Source: Octopus vulgaris
Lineage: Eukaryota
DNA: 64,000 nt
Assembly (NCBI GenBank): GCA_951406725.2
Contig: OX597822.1
Span: 20,708,001-20,772,000, forward strand
Direction of reading: 5' to 3'
The notes below the pieces were generated by a model. That model saw nothing but the letters and a program-made list of their open reading frames with translations. It searched no databases and had not been told where the DNA came from. Numbering within the stretch: position 1 is the first letter of the stretch; every line of letters starts with the position of its first letter. Below are positions 1 through 12,230 of the stretch, one piece after another. The position numbers and the translations under genes are program-made.

Positions 1-570
1 CTCAGCAACTTGTACAGTCTTTGTCTCCTTCTGCAGAATTTTTATTCAGAGTTACTGCTTTATTTGTCAGTTTAAAGTGTTTGATTTCCCCTGGTAGAAT
101 TTCACTCAGAGTTACTCTACTCCTTTCTTGATTACTTTCATTATGGAACTCCTGTGTATATAGGATTACTAAAGGTGCTCATAATGTGGTGGAAGGATAG
201 GAAAGATGGCCTTTAGAAAGAAAGGGTGTGGGTTTGTAGTATACTGATAGATTTGTTTAGATAGGTTACTAGGAGTAAATGGGAAAGATAGATAGGAAAT
301 TGCAGGTTGGGTTACATGGAGTAATGGCAATTGATTATACTTGTCATAATAGGAGTGGAAATGTGTTTTTCTATAAATGTTGGGTAGTCTATGAGTGTTG
401 AGCATAAAGACTTCTTCTGCTATGTATGAGGGTAGGTGATGTCTTATAGGATCTGTTGGGAGTATATCTTGATAAGCTTGAAGGAAATTGGTGTCCTTAT
501 ACCTCTGTAGAACAGTCATTGAAATAGCATTTGAACTTGTGAACCACTGCACCATGTTGGTGCTTGGCTA
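1..570 (-). mobile_element. Possible decayed non-LTR retrotransposon 3' coding remnant (I/Jockey-like)
   Basis: ORF 169-555 contains IRHHLPSYIAEEVF..HRLPNI, loosely resembling the post-RT C-terminus of LINE ORF2. No catalytic motif is visible. Confidence 0.3.
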
Positions 571-619
571 ATCTTTCTTTTAGACATATTTGCATATTTT
601 GTTATCTCATATATTTCAA

Positions 620-1070
620 TTGATAGAAACAATAATTTCTTAATTAATTAAATAATGCAAAAAATAATTAATGTCTTAGTAGAGCTCCTCAGTTTCTGTT
701 CCCATGTTGTTTGAAAGCAAATAGTCGTTGAAGTAATATATAAATTTATGTGCTATAAATTCATGTGTCAATATCTCATTTAATCTTCATTTCAGACAAA
801 ATTTGCATTTTTCACTATCTTGATTTTGCATATATTGTTTGAAATAATTATTAATTAATTAAGAAAATAATAACGAAAATAACTAATATTTTAGCTGAGC
901 TCTTCAGTTTCTATCTTTGTGTCGCCAAAACGCAAGCAATCATTGAATTAATATATGAACTTATAAACTATGAATACATCTACTAATGCTAAAAAATAAA
1001 GTTATTGAAGTAACATATGAACTTATGAACTATAAACATGCATCGTTATCTCAGATAAAATTTCTTCCAA
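620..1070. repeat. Degenerate AT-rich tandem duplication (about 220-bp unit with partial third copy)
   Basis: taattaatta..gagctc(c/t)tcagtttct occurs at about 641-697 and 851-912. ttgaa(g/t)taa(t/c)atat(a/g)aa(t/c)ttat occurs three times (about 728, 943, 1006). Confidence 0.6.
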
Positions 1071-1265
1071 GCACAATTTTCATAGTTCATTGTCTTAGTT
1101 TTGCATATATTCCAATTCATAGAAATGGCATACATCATTGTCATTGCCATCATTTTAACATCCACTTTTCCATAATCACATGAGTCAGATGGGATTGGTT
1201 GTGGCAGATTTTCTATGAATGGATATCCTTCTTGTTACCAACCCTCACCTATTTCCAAGTAAGAT

Positions 1266-1943
1266 GTGGAGTCCTTCGTCTACCTGGGTTCAATGGTGGT
1301 TCCAACGAACCAGGGCACAGCCGAGGTTGAGCGTTGCATAGGTGCTGCCAGATCTGCATTCATGCGCCTCCTGCGGTGCCTGTGGGACAAAAGAGAGATC
1401 TCCTCAGTGACCAAAGGTTGAATTTACCAGGCCATCGTTCGTACTATCCTCCTCTATGGTTTTGAAACATGGCCTATGAAAGGTAGTCGATCAGTGAAGG
1501 CTGGAGGTGTTCGACAGTGACTGTCTCTGCACATTCTTCGCTGCTGACGCATTGATTGGGTTCCTACAGCCAGTCTTCGTCATTGCCTGAATCTCTGGCC
1601 CCTCCCTTCGGTGCTTCTACAGCAGCGCTTAAGGTGGTTCGGTCATGCGGCCTGGCGTCCAGAGGGTGAGCTGATTTGTGATGTCCTCCTCCCACTTCCA
1701 CTTCCAAGCTGGCGCAAATGCACGGGCGGACAGCTGAAGACCTGAGCAACGACGATAAAGGAGGACCTCTCCGAACTCTCTGGTCTGCAGGTGGTTGGTC
1801 TGCGCAGATGGAACCACGAATAGCTTGCTATCTCCAGTGATCTCACACGGGACCGTTGAGTGTGGGCTGCCATGGTTCATGATGCCCTTAGGACCAGAGA
1901 AGAAGCCAGCTCAATCCGCCCTAGGTGAACACCATCACAAGTA
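1266..1943 (+). mobile_element. 5'-truncated RTE-clade LINE (SR2-like) with 10-bp TSD, nested in an older SINE-like repeat
   Basis: GC-rich island translating VESFVYLGS..EVERCIGAARSAF..LWDKREIS..IYQAIVRTILLYGFETWP..LEVFDSDCL. It has an ACAAGT-repeat tail and TSD caagtaagat at 1256-1265 and 1944-1953. The host repeat (1130-1265) resumes after 1953. Confidence 0.9.
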
Positions 1944-3035
1944 CAAGTAAGATATTATTTTCCCAAGCCAAACATGTTTTTACAAAAGATTAGAAATAAA
2001 AGACACTGCCTGTATGATGGTAACACTCATTGACATTTATTAAGTAATGTCTAGATATTGAGTCATTAACACACGCATATACATAAATACAAACACACAC
2101 ACACACATACATATATACATACATACACACATACCTACATACACACATACATACAACACACACATAAACATAAATATGTATAATTAATATGTGTTTACTT
2201 ATATATATATATACATGTATATACACGTGTATTTATGTATATATATATAAACATATATCTGTTCCACTAAATCTGACTTTGGCAAAATTAGTAAAATAAT
2301 TATAGATAGAATATTACCCCAAGTTAAGGATAATGTAGAGCTTCCCCCTTGGGAATTCTACTGGTGATGTAATCACATAGTTTCATTCCCTCAATGACAA
2401 ATATATTAATTTAATTTAATTTGATATATCTGATTACAATGCATCAATATCACCCATCCTATTGGGTGAATATGCAACCATTTCTGCATCTGATGTAGAC
2501 CTAATTTTGGCAGTTAGAAAAGCTCACATCAACTTTAATCATAATAATTGGACTCGAAACACACCTTCAAACTTTTTTGATATAACAATGGGCTCATCTG
2601 ACTCAGTCCAAGTAACAAACCTTGTGGGCTCTTGCCAATTAAGCGATATTTTCCCAACATCTTTGGTGGTCTCTATAGAGACAATGCACTTTATGCAACT
2701 AAAAATTTATCCTGTCCAGAGATTGAACACACTAAGAAATCTTTGATAAAATTCTTTAAAAGTTATAGTATTTGAAATGGATAATAAGGTAGCCAACTTC
2801 TTGGATGTCCCACTTAACCTTACTACTAGTCTTCATTATCCATATAAGAAACCCAACCAAACCCTTCAGTACTTAAATATTCTCTCTAATCATCCTAGAT
2901 CAATCCTCAATAGCAGAGTAACAGCCATTTCTATTAGAATTTCAAACTTATCTGCCAATGAGGAGATATTCAACACTCATGCTCCATATTATAACAAAGC
3001 TCTAAAATTAAGTAGCTTCAAAGATAAAATATTTT

Positions 3036-3101
3036 AAATGGCGGTGCCCCAGCATGGCCACAGCTCAATGAGCTGAAACTAAAATCAATCAATCAATCAA
3101 T
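3036..3101 (+). mobile_element. Short retroposed LINE/SINE 3' tail inserted in the Penelope element
   Basis: aaatggcggtgccccagcatggccacagctcaatgagctgaaact followed by (TCAA)n. Nearly identical to 9082-9125. Confidence 0.8.
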
Positions 3102-3201
3102 ATCCCGATACAAAACTCAAAATCAAAATTGCTAGTCTTTTTACGAGAACTAACTAACAATCTAATACTATGGCTTCCTCTTTAAATAAACTAATTGTAT
3201 A

Positions 3202-3277
<76 letters not shown>

Positions 3278-4379
3278 TATTTATATGTGTGTGTGTGTGT
3301 GTGTGTGCATATATATATATATATAAACATTTATAGATAACACCAAATAAATAAATTCTCATTTAGGAATTACCATAAATATAAATCGTATATAGTTTGC
3401 CCCGCCCTTCTGTTTTCAGGTTAGATCATTACCAAAACCTTTTTTAAAGTTTTGAAAGAAAATTTCACAAAACATCATAAATACTATCCTATTTTCAACA
3501 CATCATCTGTGAAACTTTCGTATTCCACTACATCAGATTTAGGATCGATTATAGCCTCCATTAATAGATCCAAACTTAAACTTAAGAAGTCTACTCAAAT
3601 CCTTGTATTGCATCGCATAACTCAAAAGCCCATACTAGTTCTAAAAAAAATGATACATGAGGCCACCCGCTACCAGTTGAGGGTGCCTGACCTTAGTTAA
3701 ACGGAAGACTAATGCTCATACAAGAAGAAAACACGTAATTGTCGCATTAAGGACACCTGCCCACTTGCTGGATCCTGTCTGCCCAGAAATGTAGTTTATA
3801 AGTGCTGTGTAGAGATACCTTCCATACAGAGGGTAAGGATACATAGGAAGTACTATTGATTTTAAGTGTTGCTATAGGGATCATTTGAATTCTTTTACTA
3901 ACTTAAAATATAAATTCACAACAACGCTAGCCACATATATACATGACCTTAAGCTAACAAATATACAATATTCATTTTCTTGGTCCATAATAGCAGAAGC
4001 CCCTCCGTATGATACAATTATGTGTGTATGGAGACTATGTATTAAAGAATCTATAAATATTCTCCGTCGATATAACTCTATATTATTAAATAAGTTAATG
4101 GATGCTATGTACTCTTGTAACAATAGATACCCTTCAACATTTAAGCCTCCTGAGCAATCTGGATAGATTGATCATTAAACCCTATAATTAGTTACATTCC
4201 ACCTCAGACCCCACTTCACCTTCCTCTTAATGAATAATTACTTGCTTCTGGTCTACCATATTTTCTAAATTTACTTCCCGCAATTCTTGCTATATTTCCT
4301 CTTCTTGCTAATACATTATAGCTATTTATAAAACCAAATACCTGTTTACTCATTATGACAGTGAATCCTTAACTAATAC

Positions 4380-4474
4380 ATTCTCCTTGATGAAGGAGGC
4401 AGTGTCTAAAATTTGGATAGAAACATCCTTTATTTGTATGAATTATTATATGCTTGAAACGGCTGTCGGAGTAT
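4380..4474 (+). ncRNA. Degenerate type-I hammerhead ribozyme in the Penelope pLTR
   Basis: ctcc-TTGATGA-agg...ctt-GAAAC-ggct-GTC-ggag: stem I ctcc/ggag, minimal stem III, C3 mutated. Hammerheads in PLE pLTRs are established knowledge. Confidence 0.6.
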
Positions 4475-5042
4475 CACCACTTGATTCTTGAAATTGGAGT
4501 ACCTCCATCTAATCATTGGAAACTTACCTTCCATCTGGATGCTTAAACATTTCTTTGTTCATCTTCTTGCAAGGATTTACACATTTATTTTTCAATGTTT
4601 TAAAAAATATCTTTTTAATAACGCTCTTAATCTGTAAGTAAGACGATATTGGCAATATATACCTTTTAAGATGGTAATATATATTTCTATATATCAATAC
4701 AGTTTTTCTACCCATATATGTCTATTATATTTTTATATATTTATGTATCTGGAAATTTTAAATATTTTTCAATATTTTAATGAGTGATACATTAAATATA
4801 TTTTAATAATTTGCATACACCGGTTTTATAGCTGAGTATATATTGTATTATTATTCTAAATTGTTGAAGCTACATGAATTCTACTTTTAAATATAATTTA
4901 TATAAACATATATGTGTATATATATACATCTGTATGCATATATGTATATATATATATATACATATACAGTGTGATATAATTTTCAACAAGTAATATAGCA
5001 ATCGATCAGTTAAGAGAGTAAAGATATCTTTATAATTAAACC

Positions 5043-5675
5043 TGTTGTATCCTCCATCCCCATTGTCATGGTACCACTATTGTGGCGATCCAATAATCTC
5101 CTCACGAACCAACAATCAGCATTCCAAACGAACTAACCAACCGACACATTCTGACTTCACGACAAACTCATCTCGTACTTTTCCCACTCTCACCCTAGCA
5201 ACATGCTTGCCACTATATGTTGGCAAAAGTACCCATTCTTCGTCTTTATGGATACAGTGGAGAGCTTTATTGCTTCGTCTTCAGTCGCGAATCACACCTC
5301 CACTGTGCCATACTTTCTTCCTCTTGTGATGAAAGTGGTGAACGCCTTAATCTCTTTTAAATACTCTTCGATAGCTTCAATGGTTTCAATTTTGACTTTT
5401 CTCGATGACACTTTCAAAGCGCCAGTGTCCACTTTTCTGCCAGTTGCTGCCGCATATCTGTGAACTTACGCTGGTCCAATTTCCATTTTCCTTCTCAGGT
5501 TCCCCCATCAATGGGAAGAAAACAAACACAAATCAACAAACTCATATGTAAAAATAGCAACAACAATTTCAATTATTAACAATCAGACCTTCAACAAATA
5601 TATTATAACACCACTTACTTCTTTGGAATCACACGGATTTAACACACCATGATGTATTCAATTCAAATTAACACG
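5043..5675 (-). mobile_element. Tx1/L1-like LINE 5' UTR plus ORF1 N-terminus (copy A)
   Basis: Clearly homologous to 5900-6950; shares MEIGPA.., FTTFITRGRKYGTVEV and EWVLLPTYSGKHVARV and the 5' UTR. Clade assignment is inferred. Confidence 0.6.
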
Positions 5676-6950
5676 TATTCTTTATTAAGCTCTCAGGCTT
5701 TTATACAAAGGGAACAGCACAAGGACAGCCAGATCACGACAGTGGGGACAAAAAACATAAAACGAATGAAAATGAGAAAAATGTAATATAATAAATGAAA
5801 ATGAAATGGTTGCATGAGTCCCACTCTCATGCAGTACCATTTGAACGTTTTTACAGATAGTTTATAATCTTTTCCTCTTTCCTTTTGTTTTTTCAACCAC
5901 TGTGAATGCTTTCTCTGTTACTACTGTCTCCTTCATACCATCTTGAACCACTTCGTCCACCCTCCCCCACTTGTCAGACCACTCCATCTGTTGCTCCTCC
6001 TCTCTCCAGGGGCACCTTGCCTTCATGCAGCCTCCCTCCCCGCATTGATAACATAAACGAGGCCTGCCCCCACATCACTCTCAGCCTCACATCCTCTGGT
6101 AAAACCATTTCCTCTGTAGTTTTGTTCAAGTCATTTAAACCGTCTTGTATGGTCATCTCCATGTCACAATCCCACCAATCCAACCATTCAGTTCCTGTCA
6201 CCCCAAGCATTCCTATGTCTTCCTTCATGTCAAACATTATTGCCATGACCAACCATGCTTCATTCATTTCTGGGGGCACTCCTCCCACTCCCGCCCTGGC
6301 AACATGCCTGCCACAGTACGTTGGCAAAAATACCCATTCTTCCATCCTCACAGTCACAGTGGAGTACTTCACCACTTCATCCTCAGTCGTGAATTGCACC
6401 TCCACCATGCCATACCTTCCTCCTCCTGTGATGAAAGTGGTGAACCTCCTGATCTCCTTCAAACACTCCTCAACAGCCTTTATAATTGTGACTTGACCCT
6501 TCTTTATGACACCTTCAGTGCTCCGTATATCACAGTACTTTCTATCACACCACTCGCTAGATCCCCCAGCCTCAACATATCACCTTCTCCCCTCAACAAC
6601 TTCCCACACTCCCCCAGCCTGCTCAGCTCCACCCTCACCTCATGAACCTCCAAAGCGTCAGAGTCCACTGCTCCGTCAGCTGCTGCTGCACAACTGTGGA
6701 ACTTTGCTGGTTCAATTTCCATTTTTCTTCTCTTCTCAGGTTTCCCCCATAAATGGGAAGAAAACAAACACACTCAGCAAACTCATATGTAATAACAGCA
6801 ACAGCAATTTCAACAATCAACAATCACAGGCACACCCACAAGGGGAGACCTTCAACAAACACTATAACACCACTTACTTCTACGAAATCACAAAGATTTA
6901 ACACACCATACTGTACTCAACTCGAATTTTCTCGCAAGGGGGCGTCATGA
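5676..6950 (-). mobile_element. Internally deleted Tx1/L1-like LINE (5' UTR, ORF1 part, ORF2 end, 3' UTR; copy B)
   Basis: ORFs 6504-6773 and 5974-6462 (VEVQF..VGGVPPEMNEAWL, RRM-like ORF1). The minus-strand 3' end has AATAAAAG at about 5679-5686. Confidence 0.6.
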
Positions 6951-7543
6951 TTCTTATCACAACAAAACCACAAACCAGCTTGAGAAATGATGAAATAAAT
7001 AAATATTTTGGCCAGGAATCTCTGGGTAACTGTATTTCACTAGATGTTTTATGGTTTTTATTATAACATATATGTTGTATTGATCTCATATTTTCTGCTC
7101 AAAGAAATATGAAAACTTATAATGCAACTACATTTGTTACTATGAAAGAAGCAACCAGTACACTCTGTTAGGTGACTGGTATTAAAAAGGGAAACAAATC
7201 ACAGATGCCATGCTAAACTTGAAATATTAGACCATGAGGTTGTCCTCCAACTTTTGGGATGCTGTTGAACAAGCTAAGTCATGGTAGTATGCAAAGAAGG
7301 CATGTAATGATGATGATAATTATATACAATTGTGTACATATAATTTTAAATGTGAAAATAAATCTTCGTAAGAAGTTGCTGAAATGCAAATGTAGCTATA
7401 AATAACAGATCATAAAATATCAGGTGAAATCCCTTAGATGTATAGATGTGTGTGTGGGTGTATGTGCGTGTGTATGTGTGTGCATATTGATATATGTATG
7501 CCTGTGTGTATAGATGTATGCATATACATGTATATGTACACAC

Positions 7544-7578
<35 letters not shown>

Positions 7579-8644
7579 TATCTATATGTATATATATATA
7601 TACTTATATCTATATGTATATATATGTATATATGTACGTACATATATTTACACATATATATCTTTATCTCTTATGTATATATATATATACACACACACAC
7701 ACATTTACAATTATGCATATTATATATATGATACATATTGTCTGCCTATAACTATGCATATATACTCTGTTATTATGGCTGTACACTACTTTATTTCATT
7801 GCACATAAGGGCATCACTTTGATCTATCTTGCACATGTGGCTGCACAAAATCCTTTGATAGGAACATGAAACATGATCTAAATTTGGATGTCTCGCTAAT
7901 ATGACTGTTTGTTGTAAACAGCAGACATATCAATGTCCACTCACTGTCTAATGTAGCCAGCATGTACATGGTGCTGGTTCTGATATTTGTGCTGTTAAAC
8001 TACGGCTGATACAAATCTATTAGAAGCTGAGTTTTCTGTTTGTCCATCATCCAGTCAGATTATTTAAGATGGACATAGTTGCAAAAATTGCTAACCTGCT
8101 TTATGTGTGTGTGTATACACACAAGCATACACATATAATACAGTCTCACTTACACAGGCATAGTTATATACACATATAAGATGAAAGAGCCAATGGTATA
8201 GAGAGAGTATCTTCCACACTAGTGTATTCACTATTTTACTGACATTAGCTTACTGGTATAAAAGTTCCTCTTAAATGTTATTGTTGTTATCTTGCTGATT
8301 TTGTTGTGATTTTTATTGAGTTACACACCTCCTTCCAAACACTTTTGCATACTTCTTCCAGGAAATCATTTGAAGAAAATATTCTGCATCTATTAATAAT
8401 AAAATGTGTGTACGTGTGTGTGTGTGTGTGTGTTTGTTTGTGCATGTAAGCACACAAGTGTGTATGTGTGTGCATGCATGCTTGTATGTGTGTGAGCTTG
8501 TCCATGTATGTATGTATGTGTATGAGTGTGTGTATGTGAGGTGATGTTCTAGTAATTTAAAGGTAATAAGTTCAGATGCAAACCCAGGATTTGTTTCATT
8601 GTTCCATTATGCAGAGAATCACTTCACATAGTTTCAGATTCAGT

Positions 8645-8743
8645 CCTACTGCATCGCACCATGGACACGTCTTCTACTATAGCCCAAAGTTGACAAAAGC
8701 CTTGTGAGCATATTTGGTAGATAGCAACTGAAAACAGCTTTTC

Positions 8744-8745
<2 letters not shown>
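8645..8745 (+). mobile_element. tRNA-derived SINE fragment of an abundant family
   Basis: Homologous copies at about 10591-10730, 16600-16700, 26300-26455, 37230-37370, 41880-42020 and 48685-48803 (gaagacacttgcccaaggtgccac motif). Confidence 0.75.
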
Positions 8746-8791
<46 letters not shown>

Positions 8792-8809
8792 TCACCATGC
8801 TAGGCTGCT

Positions 8810-8985
8810 GAGATCTACAAGTTTTTTTCATTCTCTCTCTGTTTATTTTTTTCTTATTCCTTTCTGTTGAAGAGTGTAGGCTTGAAACTTAAAAAAACTT
8901 TTTCATTTTTCCTGAGCATCAAACTAATACACTTGCTTGTTGTTCATACACCTGTCTTCATCTTTTGTTTTTCTTTAAATTTAAA
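8810..8985 (+). mobile_element. Short pLTR-like repeat carrying a hammerhead-like motif
   Basis: cttt-ctgttgaa-gagt-gtag-gctt-gaaac-tta at 8860-8891. Reverse-complement homologue of 20390-20570, with a more decayed copy at about 12605-12725. Confidence 0.65.
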
Positions 8986-8998
8986 CTATATATAGCTG

Positions 8999-9070
8999 TC
9001 CTCGGCAGTATAGTGGTAAGTATCCCCGCCTGTCACACGGGAGACTAGGGTTCGATTCCTCGCTGGGGAG
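8999..9070 (+). pseudogene. tRNA-Asp(GTC) pseudogene/retrocopy
   Basis: 72-nt cloverleaf TCCTCGG..GTATAGTGGTAAGTAT..CCCGC-CTGTCAC-ACGGG..TTCGATT..CTGGGGAG. Mismatches in the anticodon and T stems; no CCA and no T4 terminator. Confidence 0.9.
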
Positions 9071-9080
9071 GCATCTTAAT

Positions 9081-9157
9081 AAAATGGCGGTGCCCCAGCA
9101 TGGCCACAGCTCGTGAGCTGAAACTAGATGAAATAAAAATTAAAAAAATAAATAAAT
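9081..9157 (+). mobile_element. LINE-type 3' tail plus A-rich tail fused behind tRNA-Asp
   Basis: aaaatggcggtgccccagcatggccacagctcgtgagctgaaact followed by an A-rich/(TAAA)n tail. Confidence 0.8.
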
Positions 9158-9171
9158 ATATATATATATAT

Positions 9172-9683
9172 TGTTGTGGGTTCAATTTGAGGACAGTTGA
9201 CGGCGACCTACATTTGGCAATGAATCCATTGTGTACAGAGTTGTTGAAGAGAGAACTGTGTAATGAATATTGAACTGTATAGGCCTTTAATGTCCTTTGA
9301 ACTGTAACTTTAATGTGTTTTGAAACAGAACTGTTGTCTCCGGACGTGTACTCTTGAAATGCTGTTGTTATTGCATTTGATGTGTTGTTACCCGGACAGT
9401 TTAAATGCTGTGATGTGTTGATTCTGTTACTGGCTTGTATTTACCTGTTGTATACCTGTTTCTTGCATGTGTTATCTTTAAATGTACTTGATGTAATAGT
9501 CATATAAACTAGTTGTTAAGCGTAGCCAATTGCCTTCCGCTGTATCTGTGTCTCTTCTTCCTGCTGCTGTTGTTGTTGTCTCTCTCTCCTCTCCGAGTTT
9601 CCGTGGTGAACATTCGCTAATTGAACGGGCCTGTGGGAGGGATTCCGTAACAGCTTTCGTTCGACGGAGGTCCCCTCATAACA
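9172..9683. mobile_element. Solo LTR (Gypsy-like), 512 bp
   Basis: Termini TGTTGTGGG...CCTCATAACA (TG..CA, imperfect inverted ends), flanked on both sides by ATAT within a (TA)n tract. No internal ORF. Confidence 0.75.
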
Positions 9684-9716
9684 ATATATATATATATATA
9701 TAGATATATATATATA

Positions 9717-10130
9717 TACAAAGTCTGATCTGAAAGTATTGGGACTGTTGCTATCATAACAGAACTAAAGGTCACAGAGTGAAGTTGCTTGGCACAGATT
9801 GACCTTGAACTCTGTCACACATACACACTAAGTTAATAGCATTCTGCTGTTTATAGTAGTGCTTGGAAGTAAAGTGTGACTCACTAAAAAAGATCAAGCT
9901 TCAGCTATGAAAATGTCTGTAACAGGTGATGAATTTTGGTTCATGACAATAACACCAAAATCTAGGTTTGAATGGTGTTCTACTTGAAAGGAACGAGATT
10001 ATAAGATGTTGAAGAAATCCAGGATAATGTGATGAGGCAGCTTTTCACTATCCCAAAACAATTCTAGGAATGCTTCTTTCAATGGAAATGTTGCTGGATA
10101 AAATGTGTGACTTCAGCAGAGGACTCTTTG
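9717..10130 (+). mobile_element. Internally deleted mariner remnant
   Basis: TA followed by a TIR-like caaagtctgatctgaaagtattgggact. VTGDE motif at about 9919, joined to the C-terminal LKGTR..DVEEIQDNVMRQLFTIPK..FQWKCCWIKCV. Confidence 0.75.
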
Positions 10131-10359
10131 GCTATTCCCTTGTCCTTCTCCACAGCTTTGAGAGGCGATGTTGGTGCTGCTTTTCTTTCTTAGGAACTTT
10201 TGTTTTCTTTTCCTTTTCAATATGTATATTCTTTTACCAGCATCGGTTGTCAAGTGATGGCGGGGGGGGGGGTACAAACACAGACACACACAAATACATA
10301 ATACATATATATATATATATATATACATACACACACACGGTGGGCTTCTTTCAGTTTCT

Positions 10360-10590
10360 TATTTCTTTATTGCCCACAAGGGGATAAACATAGAGGGGAC
10401 AAACAAGGACAGACAAAGGGATTAAGTCGATTACATCGACCCCAGTATGTAACTGGTACTTAATTTATTGACTCCGAAAGGATGAAAGGCAAAGTCGAGC
10501 TCGGCAGAATTTGAACTCAGAATGTAATGGCAGACAAAATACTGCTAAGAATATTGTCTGGCGTGCTAACATTTCTGCCAGCTCGCTGGT
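10360..10590 (-). mobile_element. tRNA-derived SINE (Meta/MESC-like core) nested in another SINE, with apparent 14-bp TSD
   Basis: Core gaaaggatgaaaggcaaagtcga and B-box complement atttgaactc. ttctttcagtttct is duplicated at 10346-10359 and 10591-10604. Relatives at about 33600-33700, 43060-43140 and 50490-50637. The core name is from recall. Confidence 0.75.
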
Positions 10591-11756
10591 TTCTTTCAGT
10601 TTCTGTCCACCAAATCCACTCACAAGGCTTTGATCAGCCTAAGGCTGTAATGGAAGACACTTGTCCAAGATGCCACACAGTGGGACTGAACCTGGAACCA
10701 TGTGGTTGGGCAGCAAGTTTCTTACCACATATATATATGTCTGTGTGTATATTTCCTTGTAATGAAATTGCATGATATTTATAAAAGAGTGTTAGCATCT
10801 TACAAGTGTGAATTTTGAATTCACATTAAAAATATGCCATGGGAAAATATTATCTTGCTTGGAAACAACTGAAGGTTGGTGAGTGGAAGGGCATCCAGTC
10901 GTAGAAAATTTACATAAACAAATTGCATCTGGCCCATGCATGCATGGAAAAGTGGATGTTCAGATGATGAAGATGCCCCCTCTACTCTTCATATTTTCTA
11001 TCAAGTTTTCATCCACAATTCCATTATCTGTCATTCTGTTTCTCACAGTTCTCCCTCTTTCTAGTTTATATTCTTATATTTGGGTTAGGTGCTTCATCTT
11101 TCAGAGTTTATCTCCCATCAGAGTTGATCTTTCGCCTTTCTATCTCCTTAAAATTGTGAAAATACAGAACAAAGGAGGTGTAATAAGATTGAAACATGTT
11201 AGTTGTCATGACTGGAATGTTTTTGACAATAAGTTTGCTCAGTCCAGTTTAACTTGGGACTAAACAAATGTAGCAACCCCTTAGGTTAGGTCTATGCTAA
11301 TTAAACCCTCAATTGGTTTATTAAGTTCTCTCCTTCTCACCACCTCACTCTGTGAGTATATGTATTAACTGATCCCTGTATTGATGTGTGTGTGTGTGTG
11401 TGTGTGTGTGTGCCTGTGTTTACTCGACTGTTTGTTTCCCTCACTCTGAATATACTTTTACTAACCTCTGCATGTGCAGATGCATAATACCCATACAAAC
11501 GTGTGTGTTAATGAATGTGTGTATTAGTTTTAGTTTCACTTACTTGTGTATTCACCCTTCAGATGTTGCAGCTATTTATCTACAGATGTTTGTATGCATA
11601 CAACAGTTCTTACTTTCACTAGACTGCATTTTTTACGAGACTAGTATATTTTCATTTAATTTCTCTCCCTCTACCTCACCCTCTCTCCATTTACATTCAT
11701 ACACACACACACAACACACACACACACAAACACACACAACACACACACACACACAC

Positions 11757-11816
<60 letters not shown>

Positions 11817-12157
11817 TCTACTCCTCTCCCACTTTTGCCATCTGTCTCTCTGTTTGTCCTATGTAAAACACTTGACAATGCTTAAAGTATACAATCTTAT
11901 ATACCAAACCAAAGTGCAGATGGGCAGACGGAGATTGAATCAAATAATGAGAAACTATAGAGTAGTACCAGGTGTGTGTACATAATAGACATTCTCAACA
12001 TTGTGTGTGTATATATTTTTCCACTTTTCAGTCTGTCTATCATTCTGTCTATCCATCCACTCATCCACCTTGTTAAATACACACATGTGCATACACGCAC
12101 ATACACACTCACCCACCCACGTATGTATATGCGTATGTATGTGTATATATATATATG

Positions 12158-12195
<38 letters not shown>

Positions 12196-12230
12196 GTTTG
12201 TATGTGTGTGCGTGTGTGTGTGTATTATAT

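Larger units (their letters stand above)
2262..4890 (+). mobile_element. Decayed Penelope-like retroelement (RT plus GIY-YIG endonuclease, 3' pLTR)
   Basis: Frameshifted motifs: TKSDFGKISK, FFDITMGSSDS, GLYRDN (YRDD-like), NFLDVPLNL..PYKKPN..SNHP, VKLSYS, NCRIKDTCPLAGSCL..VVYKC..YIGST. Confidence 0.9.

Noticed and set aside
9071-9130. Theta/HDV-like ribozyme downstream of the tRNA
   Set aside because: The nested double pseudoknot could not be built. The sequence is better explained as a shared retroposon tail.
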